The notes beneath the pieces were generated by a model. The model saw only the letters and a list, made by a program, of their open reading frames with translations, did no database searches and was not told the DNA's origin. The translations under genes and the position numbers were made by a program. Shown one piece after another: positions 29,781 to 39,654 of a stretch of DNA of 64,000 nucleotides. How positions within the stretch are numbered: position 1 is the first letter of the stretch; every line of letters starts with the position of its first letter. Source of the stretch: Candidatus Spongiisociaceae bacterium (GTDB lineage Bacteria; Actinomycetota; Acidimicrobiia; Spongiisociales; Spongiisociaceae); contig OZ253564.1 in NCBI GenBank assembly GCA_965262915.1, positions 2,752,001-2,816,000 of the forward strand. Reading direction: 5' to 3'.

Positions 29781-31019
29781 TCAGGTGATCGAGATGATCT
29801 CGTGCTGCTTGTACGTGGAGACCATCTCGTACCCGGTTTCTGTCACGTACAGCATTTCCTCGAGACGGACCCCGTGGTCGTGCATCTTCCCGTGCTGGGT
29901 CTCGAGTGCGAACGTCATCCCGGGTTGTATCTCGACCGGATGGTCCAGCGACCAGATCCGCGAGATGACCGGTGGGTCGTACTGGGCGAGACCGAGACCG
30001 TGGCCCCAGTTGTTCGCGGCGGCTTGATCCTCCTCCTCGTAGCCCCACGCCTCCCGGGCGGACGGCCACTTCGCGGCGACATCTGCTGTGGTCACCCCCG
30101 GCTTCACCGTCTCGATCGAATCCCAGAGCCACTTGTGGGCCGCGTCGTAGGTGGCCTGGTGCTCGTCGGTGGGCTTGCCACCCACACAGTAGGTGCGGTA
30201 CACGCAGGATTTGAAGCCGTTCCAGGTGAGGGCCGCGAGATCGACTATCACCAGCTCACCGGGTCTGATCATGCGATCGGAGAAGTTCCGCCAATTCGGC
30301 CACGCATTGGGTCCGGAAGAGACGATTACGTCTTCCACATCCTCCATGCCAGGAATCGAATACAGCTTCTCGAAAGCGAATGCCGCAACCTCGTTCTCGG
30401 TCATGCCCGGAGTCATGTGGTTGGTGATCGCGTAGTGGACGTAGTCACAGATGGCGCCCACGATGGAGAAGGCCTTGATCTCGTCCGGGCTCTTTATGGC
30501 TCGGGCGTTCATCATCGGCGTCATCCCGTCGGTCCAGTCGATGTCTCGTTTCTCGAACTCCCGCATCAGGTTGATGTCGATGAAGTCGACTCCGAGTGGC
30601 TGGTCTTCAACACCCGCCTCTTCGAGATCGTTCATCAAGGCGTTGACGAACTTCTGGACCTGCTGGTCGGCAGCGGGCCCGACGGCGCCCTTGATCCAGA
30701 TGTAGGAGTGACGGATGTTCTCCGTCGGGATCCAGGGATTGTGCACCTTGAGGTGGTAGCCGATGTCACCCTGCTCGTAGACGATCGGGGGCTTCCCCGC
30801 CGGCAGAACCACATAGCGCAGACCCGGCTTCAGACGGTTCCAGCCCGGGGTCAGCGTCGAGGAGACGTAGCGCATGTTCTCGTCGTAGAACAGGAGCAGG
30901 GCGCCTAGCCCTGCCTTCTCCATCTCGGCGTGGGCTCTCTTCAGCCGCCAGTCGCGGACTTTGGCCCAGTTGATGCCCTCTTTCCAATCGGTGCTGAGCC
31001 CGAAGAATGCTTCTCTCAT
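29781..31019 (-). CDS. M24 family (Xaa-Pro peptidase/creatinase fold) hydrolase
   Basis: ARAIKSPDEI, VIVDL, SCVYRT, GHGLGL, FALET, VRLEEM. Confidence 0.85.
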   Translation of the reverse strand: MREAFFGLSTDWKEGINWAKVRDWRLKRAHAEMEKAGLGALLLFYDENMRYVSSTLTPGWNRLKPGLRYVVLPAGKPPIVYEQGDIGYHLKVHNPWIPTENIRHSYIWIKGAVGPAADQQVQKFVNALMNDLEEAGVEDQPLGVDFIDINLMREFEKRDIDWTDGMTPMMNARAIKSPDEIKAFSIVGAICDYVHYAITNHMTPGMTENEVAAFAFEKLYSIPGMEDVEDVIVSSGPNAWPNWRNFSDRMIRPGELVIVDLAALTWNGFKSCVYRTYCVGGKPTDEHQATYDAAHKWLWDSIETVKPGVTTADVAAKWPSAREAWGYEEEDQAAANNWGHGLGLAQYDPPVISRIWSLDHPVEIQPGMTFALETQHGKMHDHGVRLEEMLYVTETGYEMVSTYKQHEIISIT

Positions 31020-31188
31020 GACTTGTCGAGTCCCTCCCCCGGTGTTAGTTGACCCTATCGGGGATCACCTCACGAACGACATCGATGAAACTCGTTATCG
31101 TCGAGGAGACCCTTGTTAGCCGACGATTCCCGTACACGATACTGCGGACGGGGCCGCTCGAGGTCATGGAGCGAATGTACAATGGCTT

Positions 31189-32226
31189 GTGGCTTCATCG
31201 ACATCGGGGGCGGACGGTACGCTTCTGGAGACCCGTCTGCTGAGCAAGTGGTTCCCGCGTCGGCGCACCGCGGCGGAGATCGTGACTCGTGCGAATAGGG
31301 ACTATCTCAAAGCCGTAGACGGCTTCTCGATCGTCATTCGGGCCGGAGAAGCGCTCGGGCTTGCCGGCGAAAGCGGTTCGGGTAAGACAGTGACCGCCGA
31401 GGTCATAGCCGGCCTGCAGCAGCCGACTTCGGGGAACGTCTATTTCAAGGGCGCGTCCATGACCGGGCGAATACCACGCTCCAGGAATGCCCGGTTCCGA
31501 CGATCGGTCAGCATGGTCTTCCAGGACCCCTTCGACTCGCTGAATCCCCAAAAGCGCGTCGGAAAGTTGGTGGCGGAACCCCTGGAGATCCACAAGGTGG
31601 GAACGGAGGCCGGGCGGCGGCGACAGGTCATGGAGACGCTCGAGCTAGTGCGCCTCATCCCTGCCGATAGGTTCATCAGCAAATACCCTTTCGAGTTGAG
31701 CGGCGGGGAACGCCAGCGGGTCGCGATTGCGCGTGCGCTGATCCTCGATCCGCAACTGCTCATCGCCGACGAGCCGACCACGATGTTGGATGTGTCGGTT
31801 CGGGCCGGCATTCTCAACCTGATCCGGGACCTACAGAAGTCAACTCAGATGTCGCTGCTCTTCATATCTCACGATTTCACAACGCTGCGTTACGTGTGTG
31901 ATCGCATCGCCATCATGTACCTGGGCCATCTCGTTGAGCTAGGCCCGGCGCATCGGGTCATGGCCGAGCGATTCCATCCGTACACGCAAGCGCTGGCCTC
32001 GGCGATCCCCGTCGCTGACCCGCGGATCAAGCGGGAACGGGTACACCTCTCGATCGACGAGGCCGGCTCCGCAGTCTCCAAGGGCTGCCCGTTTGCAGCA
32101 AGATGCCCGGAGAGGATGGACGTGTGCAACTCCATACGGCCGGAACCACTCACTGTGGAACGAGATCACTGGGTTGCCTGTCATCTGTTCAGCGTCGACA
32201 GCAGCCCTGGCTCGACAGCGCTCTGA
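31189..32226 (+). CDS. Oligopeptide/dipeptide ABC transporter ATPase (OppF/DppF-like)
   Basis: GESGSGKT, LSGGERQR, ADEPT, HPYT, GCPFAARC. Confidence 0.92.
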   Translation: MASSTSGADGTLLETRLLSKWFPRRRTAAEIVTRANRDYLKAVDGFSIVIRAGEALGLAGESGSGKTVTAEVIAGLQQPTSGNVYFKGASMTGRIPRSRNARFRRSVSMVFQDPFDSLNPQKRVGKLVAEPLEIHKVGTEAGRRRQVMETLELVRLIPADRFISKYPFELSGGERQRVAIARALILDPQLLIADEPTTMLDVSVRAGILNLIRDLQKSTQMSLLFISHDFTTLRYVCDRIAIMYLGHLVELGPAHRVMAERFHPYTQALASAIPVADPRIKRERVHLSIDEAGSAVSKGCPFAARCPERMDVCNSIRPEPLTVERDHWVACHLFSVDSSPGSTAL

Positions 32227-32518
32227 TCTCAGCCGACCCGCCGACCCGCAACGTGACCGGAGTTGATCGAGTTGTTACCGACGGTGCCACCCACATGGCG
32301 TAGGGATGTCGAGCCTATGAGGTGCCAGGGGTGGGGTATCAGCGACAGAGGTGTTTGGACGTAGAGGCTTCAGCGCCAGTTCGTAGGTGGAGACTGGCAC
32401 CCGTTCGCCTCGAGGAGCATCCCGAGTTCGAGGAGAACGCGAAAAGTCTCCAATCGGTCAATCCGATTCGCGAGACTAGGGTTTGCCATCCCGATCCCGA
32501 GAGAAGGAGGAACTCAGG

Positions 32519-34327
32519 ATGAAAGCTCTTCGACATGAGAAACTGCGCCTGCGCCATACCCTGTTGATCGTGTCCGTTGTGTTTGCCATGGCGGTCGCAG
32601 CGTGCGGTTCGGACGACGATGGCGAGACCGCCACAACAACCCAGGCGGCCCAGACGACGGCAGCCACCCAGGCGGCCCAGACGACCACGACGGAAGCCAT
32701 GGCGATGGAAGCCGAACTCTCTGATGCTACGAGGGTTCCGACCATACGGTTCATGGGACCGTCCGCAGGATACGAATCGCCGCACTTCGAAGCCAACAAT
32801 CGCATGTTCGCAGAGTGGGAAAAGCTAGGGATCACGGTCGAGACGACTTTCGTCCCCGACTGGGGAGGTTTTTCGGCAGCAGCCGAGCAGCGCGACTGGG
32901 ATATGGCAGCCGCCGGATACGTCGGTAATATCTTCCGAATCGATCCTGATCAATTGCTGTCCCGGCCGCTATATGGCGAATTCGCCGGCTCCAGCAACTA
33001 CGGCGACTGGGTTTTCGACGAGTACGATTCCCTTCTCGAGGCCTCCAAGGTCGAACTCGACGTTGACGCACGACGTGAACTCGTGTGGAGACTGCAAGAG
33101 ATCCAAGCACTGGACATCCCGGTAGTTGTTTCTTATCACCCCTCCGAGGTTTACACCTGGAACAAGAATGCGTATACCAACGTCGTAGCAGGCGTCGGAA
33201 CCGGTCTGTACAACTTCTGGAACTTCGTAGGCGCCGAGCCTATAGGAGACGACAAGATCTACCGTATCGCCATCGAGGGGTTCTTCCGGTCGATCAACCC
33301 CACGGCTGCCAACGACTACGACAGCGATGTCGAGATCCACAACCTGATCTATGACAGCCTGGCCAAACCGGACCCGACCGGTGTCGTGGTTCCCTGGGCA
33401 GCCGAGAGTTGGAGCTTCCCCGAGCCTTCAGTCGTTGACGTCGTAATCCGGTCTGGAATGACCTTCACGGATGGCGAGCCCGTAACGGCCGAGGATGTGA
33501 AGTTCAGCTTCGACTATCTCAAGGAATGGGAAGTAGGTCTTTACCAGAATGCCCTGGCGCCTGTTGAGTCCGTTGATGTAGTCGACCCTCTCACCGTCAG
33601 GATCAACCTGTCCGGCCCGACCGCAACAGTGACGTCCGGCGCACTGTCACAAGTGCTGATTCTCCCGAAGCACATTTGGGAGAATGTCGTCGCCGACGAA
33701 GGACTGACCCATCCTTCTGAATGGACCGAGACCAACATGATCGGAAGCGGTTCGTACAAGTTGAAGAGCGCTTCCAGCGAGGCTGTGGAGTTGGCGAGGA
33801 ACGACGACCATTTCGACCCGCCGACGTCCGAAGGTTTTCTGACCCTCTACTTGGCGGACAACCAGGCGGTCTTCCGTGCACTCCAGGATGGGACTATCTA
33901 CTTCCATCAGGTGGCAAGCCTTACTCCGGCGGGTGCCACCCAGGCCGCTAACGAGCCCCATTTGGAACTCGGTGAGGTCGGAGGTATCACGGACCGGTGG
34001 ACTGCTTTCAGTATGAGAGACGACTCACCGTTCCAGGACTATCACCTCAGGCATGCTCTGGCCCACACGTACGACTACGCAACCACGGTCGATGTCATCC
34101 TCCAAGGCTACGGAGCCCCGGGACAGGGCACGATCGGACCTGGGAACACCTTCTGGCAAAACCCGAACATCCCGCATGAGGAGATGGATGACGGTGTGCC
34201 GCATTGGCATCAATTCGATCCTGCCAAGGCGAGGAAGATCCTGGAGGACGACGGGTACCGATGGGACGACGAAGGCAATCTCCACTACCCGGAGAACCAC
34301 GTAACACAGCTCCACTACAGTGGTTAG
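32519..34327 (+). CDS. ABC transporter substrate-binding lipoprotein, family 5
   Basis: RBS AAGGAGG, lipobox VAAC, TTQAAQTT linker repeats, FTDGEPVTAEDVKFSF, IGSGSY. Confidence 0.9.
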   Translation: MKALRHEKLRLRHTLLIVSVVFAMAVAACGSDDDGETATTTQAAQTTAATQAAQTTTTEAMAMEAELSDATRVPTIRFMGPSAGYESPHFEANNRMFAEWEKLGITVETTFVPDWGGFSAAAEQRDWDMAAAGYVGNIFRIDPDQLLSRPLYGEFAGSSNYGDWVFDEYDSLLEASKVELDVDARRELVWRLQEIQALDIPVVVSYHPSEVYTWNKNAYTNVVAGVGTGLYNFWNFVGAEPIGDDKIYRIAIEGFFRSINPTAANDYDSDVEIHNLIYDSLAKPDPTGVVVPWAAESWSFPEPSVVDVVIRSGMTFTDGEPVTAEDVKFSFDYLKEWEVGLYQNALAPVESVDVVDPLTVRINLSGPTATVTSGALSQVLILPKHIWENVVADEGLTHPSEWTETNMIGSGSYKLKSASSEAVELARNDDHFDPPTSEGFLTLYLADNQAVFRALQDGTIYFHQVASLTPAGATQAANEPHLELGEVGGITDRWTAFSMRDDSPFQDYHLRHALAHTYDYATTVDVILQGYGAPGQGTIGPGNTFWQNPNIPHEEMDDGVPHWHQFDPAKARKILEDDGYRWDDEGNLHYPENHVTQLHYSG

Positions 34328-34340
34328 GAGCGAAGGAATT

Positions 34341-34371
34341 AAGGGTGGGGGCGATACAAGCCCCCACCCTT
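34341..34371 (+). terminator. Strong hairpin after the SBP gene (terminator or mRNA-stabilising stem)
   Basis: AAGGGTGGGGGC-gatacaa-GCCCCCACCCTT, a perfect 12-bp stem with no long U tract. Confidence 0.7.
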
Positions 34372-34464
34372 CTCGGTATTCGTTCGATCGAGCAAACCAC
34401 TAAGTGCTGAAGGGTTTTCATCGACGTCGGCCCACATGGCGGTTCGATGGGCGATTGAAGCGAG

Positions 34465-35778
34465 ATGATGCGAGCGGCTAGGCAGATCGTCGATGTCGAT
34501 ATCGGCGGGGCCGAACTGGGATCGGGTACGCGGTTCGCGAACGGCAGGTTGATCCTCGACCCCACCGAGGTGGCGGCGATGGTGGAAGAGGATGGGCGGA
34601 TCCGGCAAGCCCATGTTCACGTTGTGCAGCCTGGGGATGATGTGCGCCTCGTACACGTTCTCGACGTCGTGCAGCCCGTCGCCCGGATGAACGGCAGGAA
34701 CCAGGCGGTGTTCCCGGGTATTCTCACCCCACCCGAGCAAGTCGGGATGGGTCCGGTTCTGAGGATGAACGGACTCAAGGTGACCGTGCTGGGCGTGATA
34801 CCACCCGTCGATTCCTTCTTGACCCAGCAAGAAGGAATCCTCGAGATGAGCGACAGATCCGCGGATCTGTCGCCGCTCACCCGCGAACCTCACGTGGTGC
34901 TCGATCTGGCCGTAGATCCCGATATCGAGCCGATGGCAGCGGCCGAAGCCTATCGCAATGCCGCCCTGCGAGTCGCCAAGTACATCGGTGAGATGGCCGC
35001 CGACCATATCTCTGCAGGGGACATCCCCGAGGCTGTCGAACCGGTATCGGATCCGGCCCGGGACTCAGGCCGCCCCTTGCGTCTGATCCACATCTGTGAG
35101 GTATCGTCCTTTGGGCCTTTGTTCGATACGCTGATCATCGGCAGGTCGGCGCGCAATATGTTGCCGACACTCGTGTCGCTCCATGCCATGGCGGGTGGTG
35201 CGGTCGTCTCCGCCGACTACCACTACGCGGGCCAACGCAACTACACCTGTTACTACCAAGCGAATCCAGTTGAGAAAGCCGTCGTCGGTGTTTCTCCGAG
35301 TGGATCGGAGTTCCTGGGAACGGTGGTTCTTCCGGTTGGGATCGATGACACCAAGAAGCGTGCCGGGGCTGCCTTCGCGGCCCATCTTGCCGAGCTATCC
35401 GGCGCGGAGGGCGCCGTCATTACCGCGGTGGCCGGTGGCAACGCCCACCTAGACGTCATGTTCGCGGTGCGCGAGTGCGAGCGTAGGGATATCCCGACTG
35501 TTCTTTCCATCGTGGAGATGGCGGGTTCGACCGGTGCCGACCCGGGCATGGTCGACACGGTTCCGGAGGCAAATCTCATGGTGTCGACGGGCAATCGAGA
35601 GGAACTGATTGTTCTTCCCCCACCCGGTACTGTGCTGGGTGGAGCCAACCTGCTCGACGGGCCACAGGATGAGAGCGGCGGCGAGGACGCCACCGGCGAG
35701 CTACGGGTGCCGCTTCGAACGATTGTCGCTTCCAACAACGAGATGGGAGCATGGCGAATAGGAGCAACCTTGTCATGA
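34465..35778 (+). CDS. Glycine/sarcosine/betaine reductase component B proprotein-like (GrdE/G/I family), copy 1
   Basis: PGDDVRLVHVLDVVQP, GAVVSADYHYAGQRNYT..Q.NPV, GGNAHLD, MVSTGN. ATGA-coupled to the grdB-like gene. Confidence 0.82.
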   Translation: MMRAARQIVDVDIGGAELGSGTRFANGRLILDPTEVAAMVEEDGRIRQAHVHVVQPGDDVRLVHVLDVVQPVARMNGRNQAVFPGILTPPEQVGMGPVLRMNGLKVTVLGVIPPVDSFLTQQEGILEMSDRSADLSPLTREPHVVLDLAVDPDIEPMAAAEAYRNAALRVAKYIGEMAADHISAGDIPEAVEPVSDPARDSGRPLRLIHICEVSSFGPLFDTLIIGRSARNMLPTLVSLHAMAGGAVVSADYHYAGQRNYTCYYQANPVEKAVVGVSPSGSEFLGTVVLPVGIDDTKKRAGAAFAAHLAELSGAEGAVITAVAGGNAHLDVMFAVRECERRDIPTVLSIVEMAGSTGADPGMVDTVPEANLMVSTGNREELIVLPPPGTVLGGANLLDGPQDESGGEDATGELRVPLRTIVASNNEMGAWRIGATLS

Positions 35779-37097
35779 ATGTTGCCAGGAGCGGCACGAT
35801 CAGAGTCGTTTCCTACCTGAACCAGTTCTTCGGTGGTCTCGGTGGGGAGGAGGCCGGGTCTATAGCGCCCTATGTTGCGGAAGGCGCCGTCGGATCGGCC
35901 AAGCTTCTCGAGCATCTGCTGGGCGATCGGGGAATCGTCGTGGCCACCGTGATCGCCGGGGACAACCACATGGCGGAGCACCCCGGTGCCGTTGAGAGCG
36001 TCGTCGGACTCATCCTGGACCGCCAACCGGACCTAGTGGTGGTCGGGCCGGCCTTCCAGGCCGGGCGATACGGTGTTGCTAGTGCGGGGATATGCGCGTC
36101 CCTGCACGATGCCGGTGTACCGGCCGTCACCGGGCTGCATCGTGAGAACCCCGGTGTCGATATGAACCGTTCCAAGGTTTACGCAGTGCCGGCGGACGCC
36201 AGCGCGGCGGGCATGCGGGAAGCAATGGAGAAGATGGTGCGCCTCGGTGAACGCCTGGCGCGGGGTGCCGGGATCGGTACGGCCGCCGATGAGGGGTTCA
36301 TCCCGCGCGGAATCCGGCAGAACACGTTCTCCGAGCGCAACGCCGCCGAGCGGGCGGTCGGGTCGCTCGTGCGAAAAATACGGGGTGAGCCGTTCGAGAC
36401 CGAAATACCACTCCCGGTATACCACCGGGTAACTCCCTCGTACCTGGCCTCCCCGCTGCAGGATCTGACGCTTGCCATCGTGACCGAGGCGGGCGTGGTC
36501 CCGAAGGGCAATCCCGATCGTCTCGAGTCAGCCCGCTGCGGAAAGTGGCTCACATATCCACACGATGATCTCGATGAGCTGTCGGCCGACGGCTACGAGA
36601 CCATCCACGGAGGTTTTGACAACGCCCCGATCTGCGCGGACCCGAATCGGGCGATCCCCTTGGATGTTCTTCGCGAGTTCGAGCGTGAAGGAGTGTTCGG
36701 ACGCCTGCACGAGAGGTACTACGTCACCACCGGCATGACCATGGCGATTGCCGACGCCGAGCGGATCGGCCGCGAGATCGCGGCCGATCTGATCGGGAAC
36801 CAGATCCAGGCCGCCATCCTCACCTCCACCTGAGGGACGGGAACGCGTTGCGGGGCAACGCTTGCACGCGAGATCGATGCTGCCGGGATACCCACCGTGC
36901 TCATAACTCCGATGCCCTCTGTGGCAGGCAACATCGGCGCCAACCGGATCGTGGTCGGAACTGCCATCACGCACCCGCTGGGGGCACCCGAACTGGGATA
37001 CGACCAGGAGAGGGAGCTTCGCAGGCAGATGGTGGCGCGGGCTCTGGAGGTTCTCGCCGAGCGGGTCGAAGGCCAGACGGTGCGCCAGGCTTCGTGA
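35775..37097 (+). CDS. grdB: Glycine/sarcosine/betaine reductase selenoprotein B-like (Sec at UGA 36831-36833; about 440 aa)
   Basis: YLNQFFGGLGGEE, GPAFQAGRYG, GVVPKGNPD, HGGFD, DPNR. The frame continues past TGA as LTST-U-GTGTRCGATLAREI..AGIP...GANRIV...I.HPLG, the typical GrdB C-terminus. Confidence 0.92.
36845..36861 (+). promoter_or_regulatory. Candidate bacterial SECIS hairpin
   Basis: GCGTTGC-GGG-GCAACGC at +12 to +28 after the UGA, with G in the apical loop. Confidence 0.7.
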
Positions 37098-37223
37098 GGT
37101 GCGCGGCGCAAGCGCAGGAGATGTGCGGGTCGGAACCCAAACCGGACTAAGCCTCCGACGATCGGTGAGAGAAGACCGGCGAGCGACCGTACAAACGGAG
37201 AGATGTCCACGTAGGGAGACAGA

Positions 37224-38516
37224 ATGAGCCGGCATGTGGCAGGACGGATTGACGGCAACGGTCTGTACCAGTCGCGCATAGCGCGCGGAGGTGACTGGTT
37301 CTTCATGGCGAGCCCGCCGGTGGACGAACATGGGCGAATTCCAGCTGAGGTCGAGGTCCCGGCGCCCTATACGCTCAGCCCGTCGGCGCATGTCCGAAAC
37401 CAGACCAAGTATGTGTTCGAGCAGTACGGCGAGTTGCTCGACGACATGGGCGCAACCTTCCAGCACGTTGCGCAGGTCGAGCAGTACATACAGTGGAAGT
37501 CCCATGCCGACGGCTATCTCGAAGTTAGCCGCGGCACCGGCTTCCTGGACTGGAACCGTCCCAGCAGCGCTCTGATGGAAACCGGCGACTTCATTCCGGA
37601 GGGAATGGTGGTGTCCCCCAGCGCATTCGGGTTCGTTCCGCGGCCGGGTCTGGAGGGCAAGGAGATCCGCTCGACGGGGCTCGCGTACGCTCGCAAGTAC
37701 CCGGAATTCGGTCCCAGCTACACCCATGAGGCTCCGTTCAGCGAAGTCGTCCTCGCCGGGCCCTACGTCTTTTGTACCATCTGGGCTTCCGACTACGAGA
37801 CGGGAGTCCATCCGGACGTGATACTCCCGGATTGGGTCTGGTGGGGCCAGGAGATCCGCAACGAGGCACTGTGGGGAATGGAGGCCCTGCGCCGGAAGCT
37901 GGAAACCGGTGGAACGTCGATAGAGAACGCGGTCCATTGCACGGTGCTGCTCAACGAGATCGAAGATCTCTACGAGCTGGACCTGGTTTGGAAAGAAGCG
38001 TTCGGTGACAGTCCGCCCGCCCGCACCGTCACACCTGTACGCGGGCTGGGTGCACCCCGCTGGGAGGGAGCCAAGCACCATGCCGAGGGCTCCATGAAGA
38101 TGGAGATCCAGTTCAGGTCGATCCGACCGGACCACGGGACCGTCAAGGAGATCATCGAGGTTGAGGGTCAACTCGGGATCGACCCCGCTGCTGTCAAGGC
38201 GGGGGATCTGCTCTGGGTCTCGAGCCAGTTCGCCGGAGGGACCAAGGGCCTCGTAACGGCCCCCGATGCGCCCAGTCAGGTTGACTTCCTTTTCCGCCGC
38301 CTGCGTGATATTTGCGAAGCAGGTGGGACGACGCTGGATCAGCTGCTTCGACTCAGGGCGTACGTCTCCGATCCGAAAGACGGGTATGCCGTCTATGACG
38401 GTCTGCGAAAGTACATCCCTAGTGACCCGCCCTGCGTTGTTGTAGCCGGGGTTCCCGGGCCATTCCAGGTGCCGGGGTGTACTGTGATGATGGATGCCGT
38501 TGCGTACGCGCCGTGA
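37224..38516 (+). CDS. Protein with three tandem Rid/YjgF domains
   Basis: Three ~140-aa repeats (RGGDWFFM / LAGPYVFC / KAGDLLWVS, each followed by a helix and G.T). PPARTV occurs only in the middle domain. Confidence 0.75.
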   Translation: MSRHVAGRIDGNGLYQSRIARGGDWFFMASPPVDEHGRIPAEVEVPAPYTLSPSAHVRNQTKYVFEQYGELLDDMGATFQHVAQVEQYIQWKSHADGYLEVSRGTGFLDWNRPSSALMETGDFIPEGMVVSPSAFGFVPRPGLEGKEIRSTGLAYARKYPEFGPSYTHEAPFSEVVLAGPYVFCTIWASDYETGVHPDVILPDWVWWGQEIRNEALWGMEALRRKLETGGTSIENAVHCTVLLNEIEDLYELDLVWKEAFGDSPPARTVTPVRGLGAPRWEGAKHHAEGSMKMEIQFRSIRPDHGTVKEIIEVEGQLGIDPAAVKAGDLLWVSSQFAGGTKGLVTAPDAPSQVDFLFRRLRDICEAGGTTLDQLLRLRAYVSDPKDGYAVYDGLRKYIPSDPPCVVVAGVPGPFQVPGCTVMMDAVAYAP

Positions 38517-38654
38517 GATCGCGGCCCCGGTGCGGGGATTCGTAGGGCGCGGTGATCATTGGCGTATGGCGTTGGGGTACCGCGCCCCCTCCCCCGGCGC
38601 TGATTCGACGGCTTTCCCGTACGCGACCGGCTCGAGCCGCCGCGGGTCGGGCCC

Positions 38655-39641
38655 ATGACACCAAGCTACATACTGCGACGGCTCGGTTATGTAACTCTCA
38701 ATCTGTTGGTGATCGTGACGATTGCCTTCTTCCTGTTCAGGCTCGTCCCCGGCAACCCGGCCGACATCATGGTGGGTCCGCTGGCCAGCGAAGAACTGAA
38801 GCAGACGATCATCGACCGTTACGGTCTCGACGACCCGTTACCGCTCCAGTATGTGAAGTACATGCGTTCGCTGGTCACCAGTGACTTGGGCGCCTCGTTG
38901 ATGACCAACCGCCCCGTCAGAGAAGTTGTCTTCAGATCGTTCTCGAACACCTTGGTTCTCGTGCTCGGCATCTTCGTGGTCTCGTTCACGGCCGGTGGCC
39001 TCATCGGAGCACTTCTCGGCTGGAAGCGCGGTACCTGGGTTGAACGTGTCGGCGGAGCTTTGGAACTCCTGATACGAGGGGCGCCCACTTTCTTCGTGGG
39101 CGTCATCTTGATCCTGATCTTTTCGATAACCCTGGGGTGGTTGCCATCCACAGGGATGCGGAGTGGCGGCTTTGAGGAGACGAACCTGTTCCGCATCTAC
39201 ACGAGTTCCGACTTTCTCAAACATATGATCCTGCCGGTCGTCACCGGCTCCCTCTACGCGCATGTCGTACCCGCCTTGATAATGCGAAACACGATGATCC
39301 ATCTCAAGCACGCGGACTTCCTCGATCTGGCGCGGGCCAAGGGACTGTCCGAGCGAGCGGTGATGATCCGCCACGGTGTCCGGAACGCACTGATGCCCCT
39401 GATCGCCGAGGGCTCTCAATTCCTCGGCTGGGCCGTCGGCGGCCTGGTAGCGATCGAGTTCGTGTTCTCATGGCCGGGACTCGGTCGTGAGATCGTCAAC
39501 GCGCTCGACGCCCGGGATTACCCGGTCGCACAGGGTGCGTTTCTCTCCATTGCGATACTGGTGCTAGTGGTCTACTTCCTGGCTGACCTTCTGGCCAGCA
39601 TGCTTGATCCTCGTGTACGGCGCCGGTCTTCGACCGACTAG
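38655..39641 (+). CDS. Peptide ABC transporter permease (OppB/DppB-like)
   Basis: PGNPA, YGLDDPL..QY, ARAKGL, FSWPGLG, RDYPV. Confidence 0.92.
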   Translation: MTPSYILRRLGYVTLNLLVIVTIAFFLFRLVPGNPADIMVGPLASEELKQTIIDRYGLDDPLPLQYVKYMRSLVTSDLGASLMTNRPVREVVFRSFSNTLVLVLGIFVVSFTAGGLIGALLGWKRGTWVERVGGALELLIRGAPTFFVGVILILIFSITLGWLPSTGMRSGGFEETNLFRIYTSSDFLKHMILPVVTGSLYAHVVPALIMRNTMIHLKHADFLDLARAKGLSERAVMIRHGVRNALMPLIAEGSQFLGWAVGGLVAIEFVFSWPGLGREIVNALDARDYPVAQGAFLSIAILVLVVYFLADLLASMLDPRVRRRSSTD

Positions 39642-39654
39642 GCGGCGGCACACC

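Noticed and set aside
32227-32518. Long leader before the SBP gene as a glycine or SAM riboswitch
   Set aside because: No complete aptamer consensus was recognisable by eye; an Rfam/Infernal scan would be needed.
32632-32692. Tandem ACCCAGGCGGCCCAGACGAC repeat
   Set aside because: It encodes an ordinary Thr/Ala/Gln lipoprotein linker.
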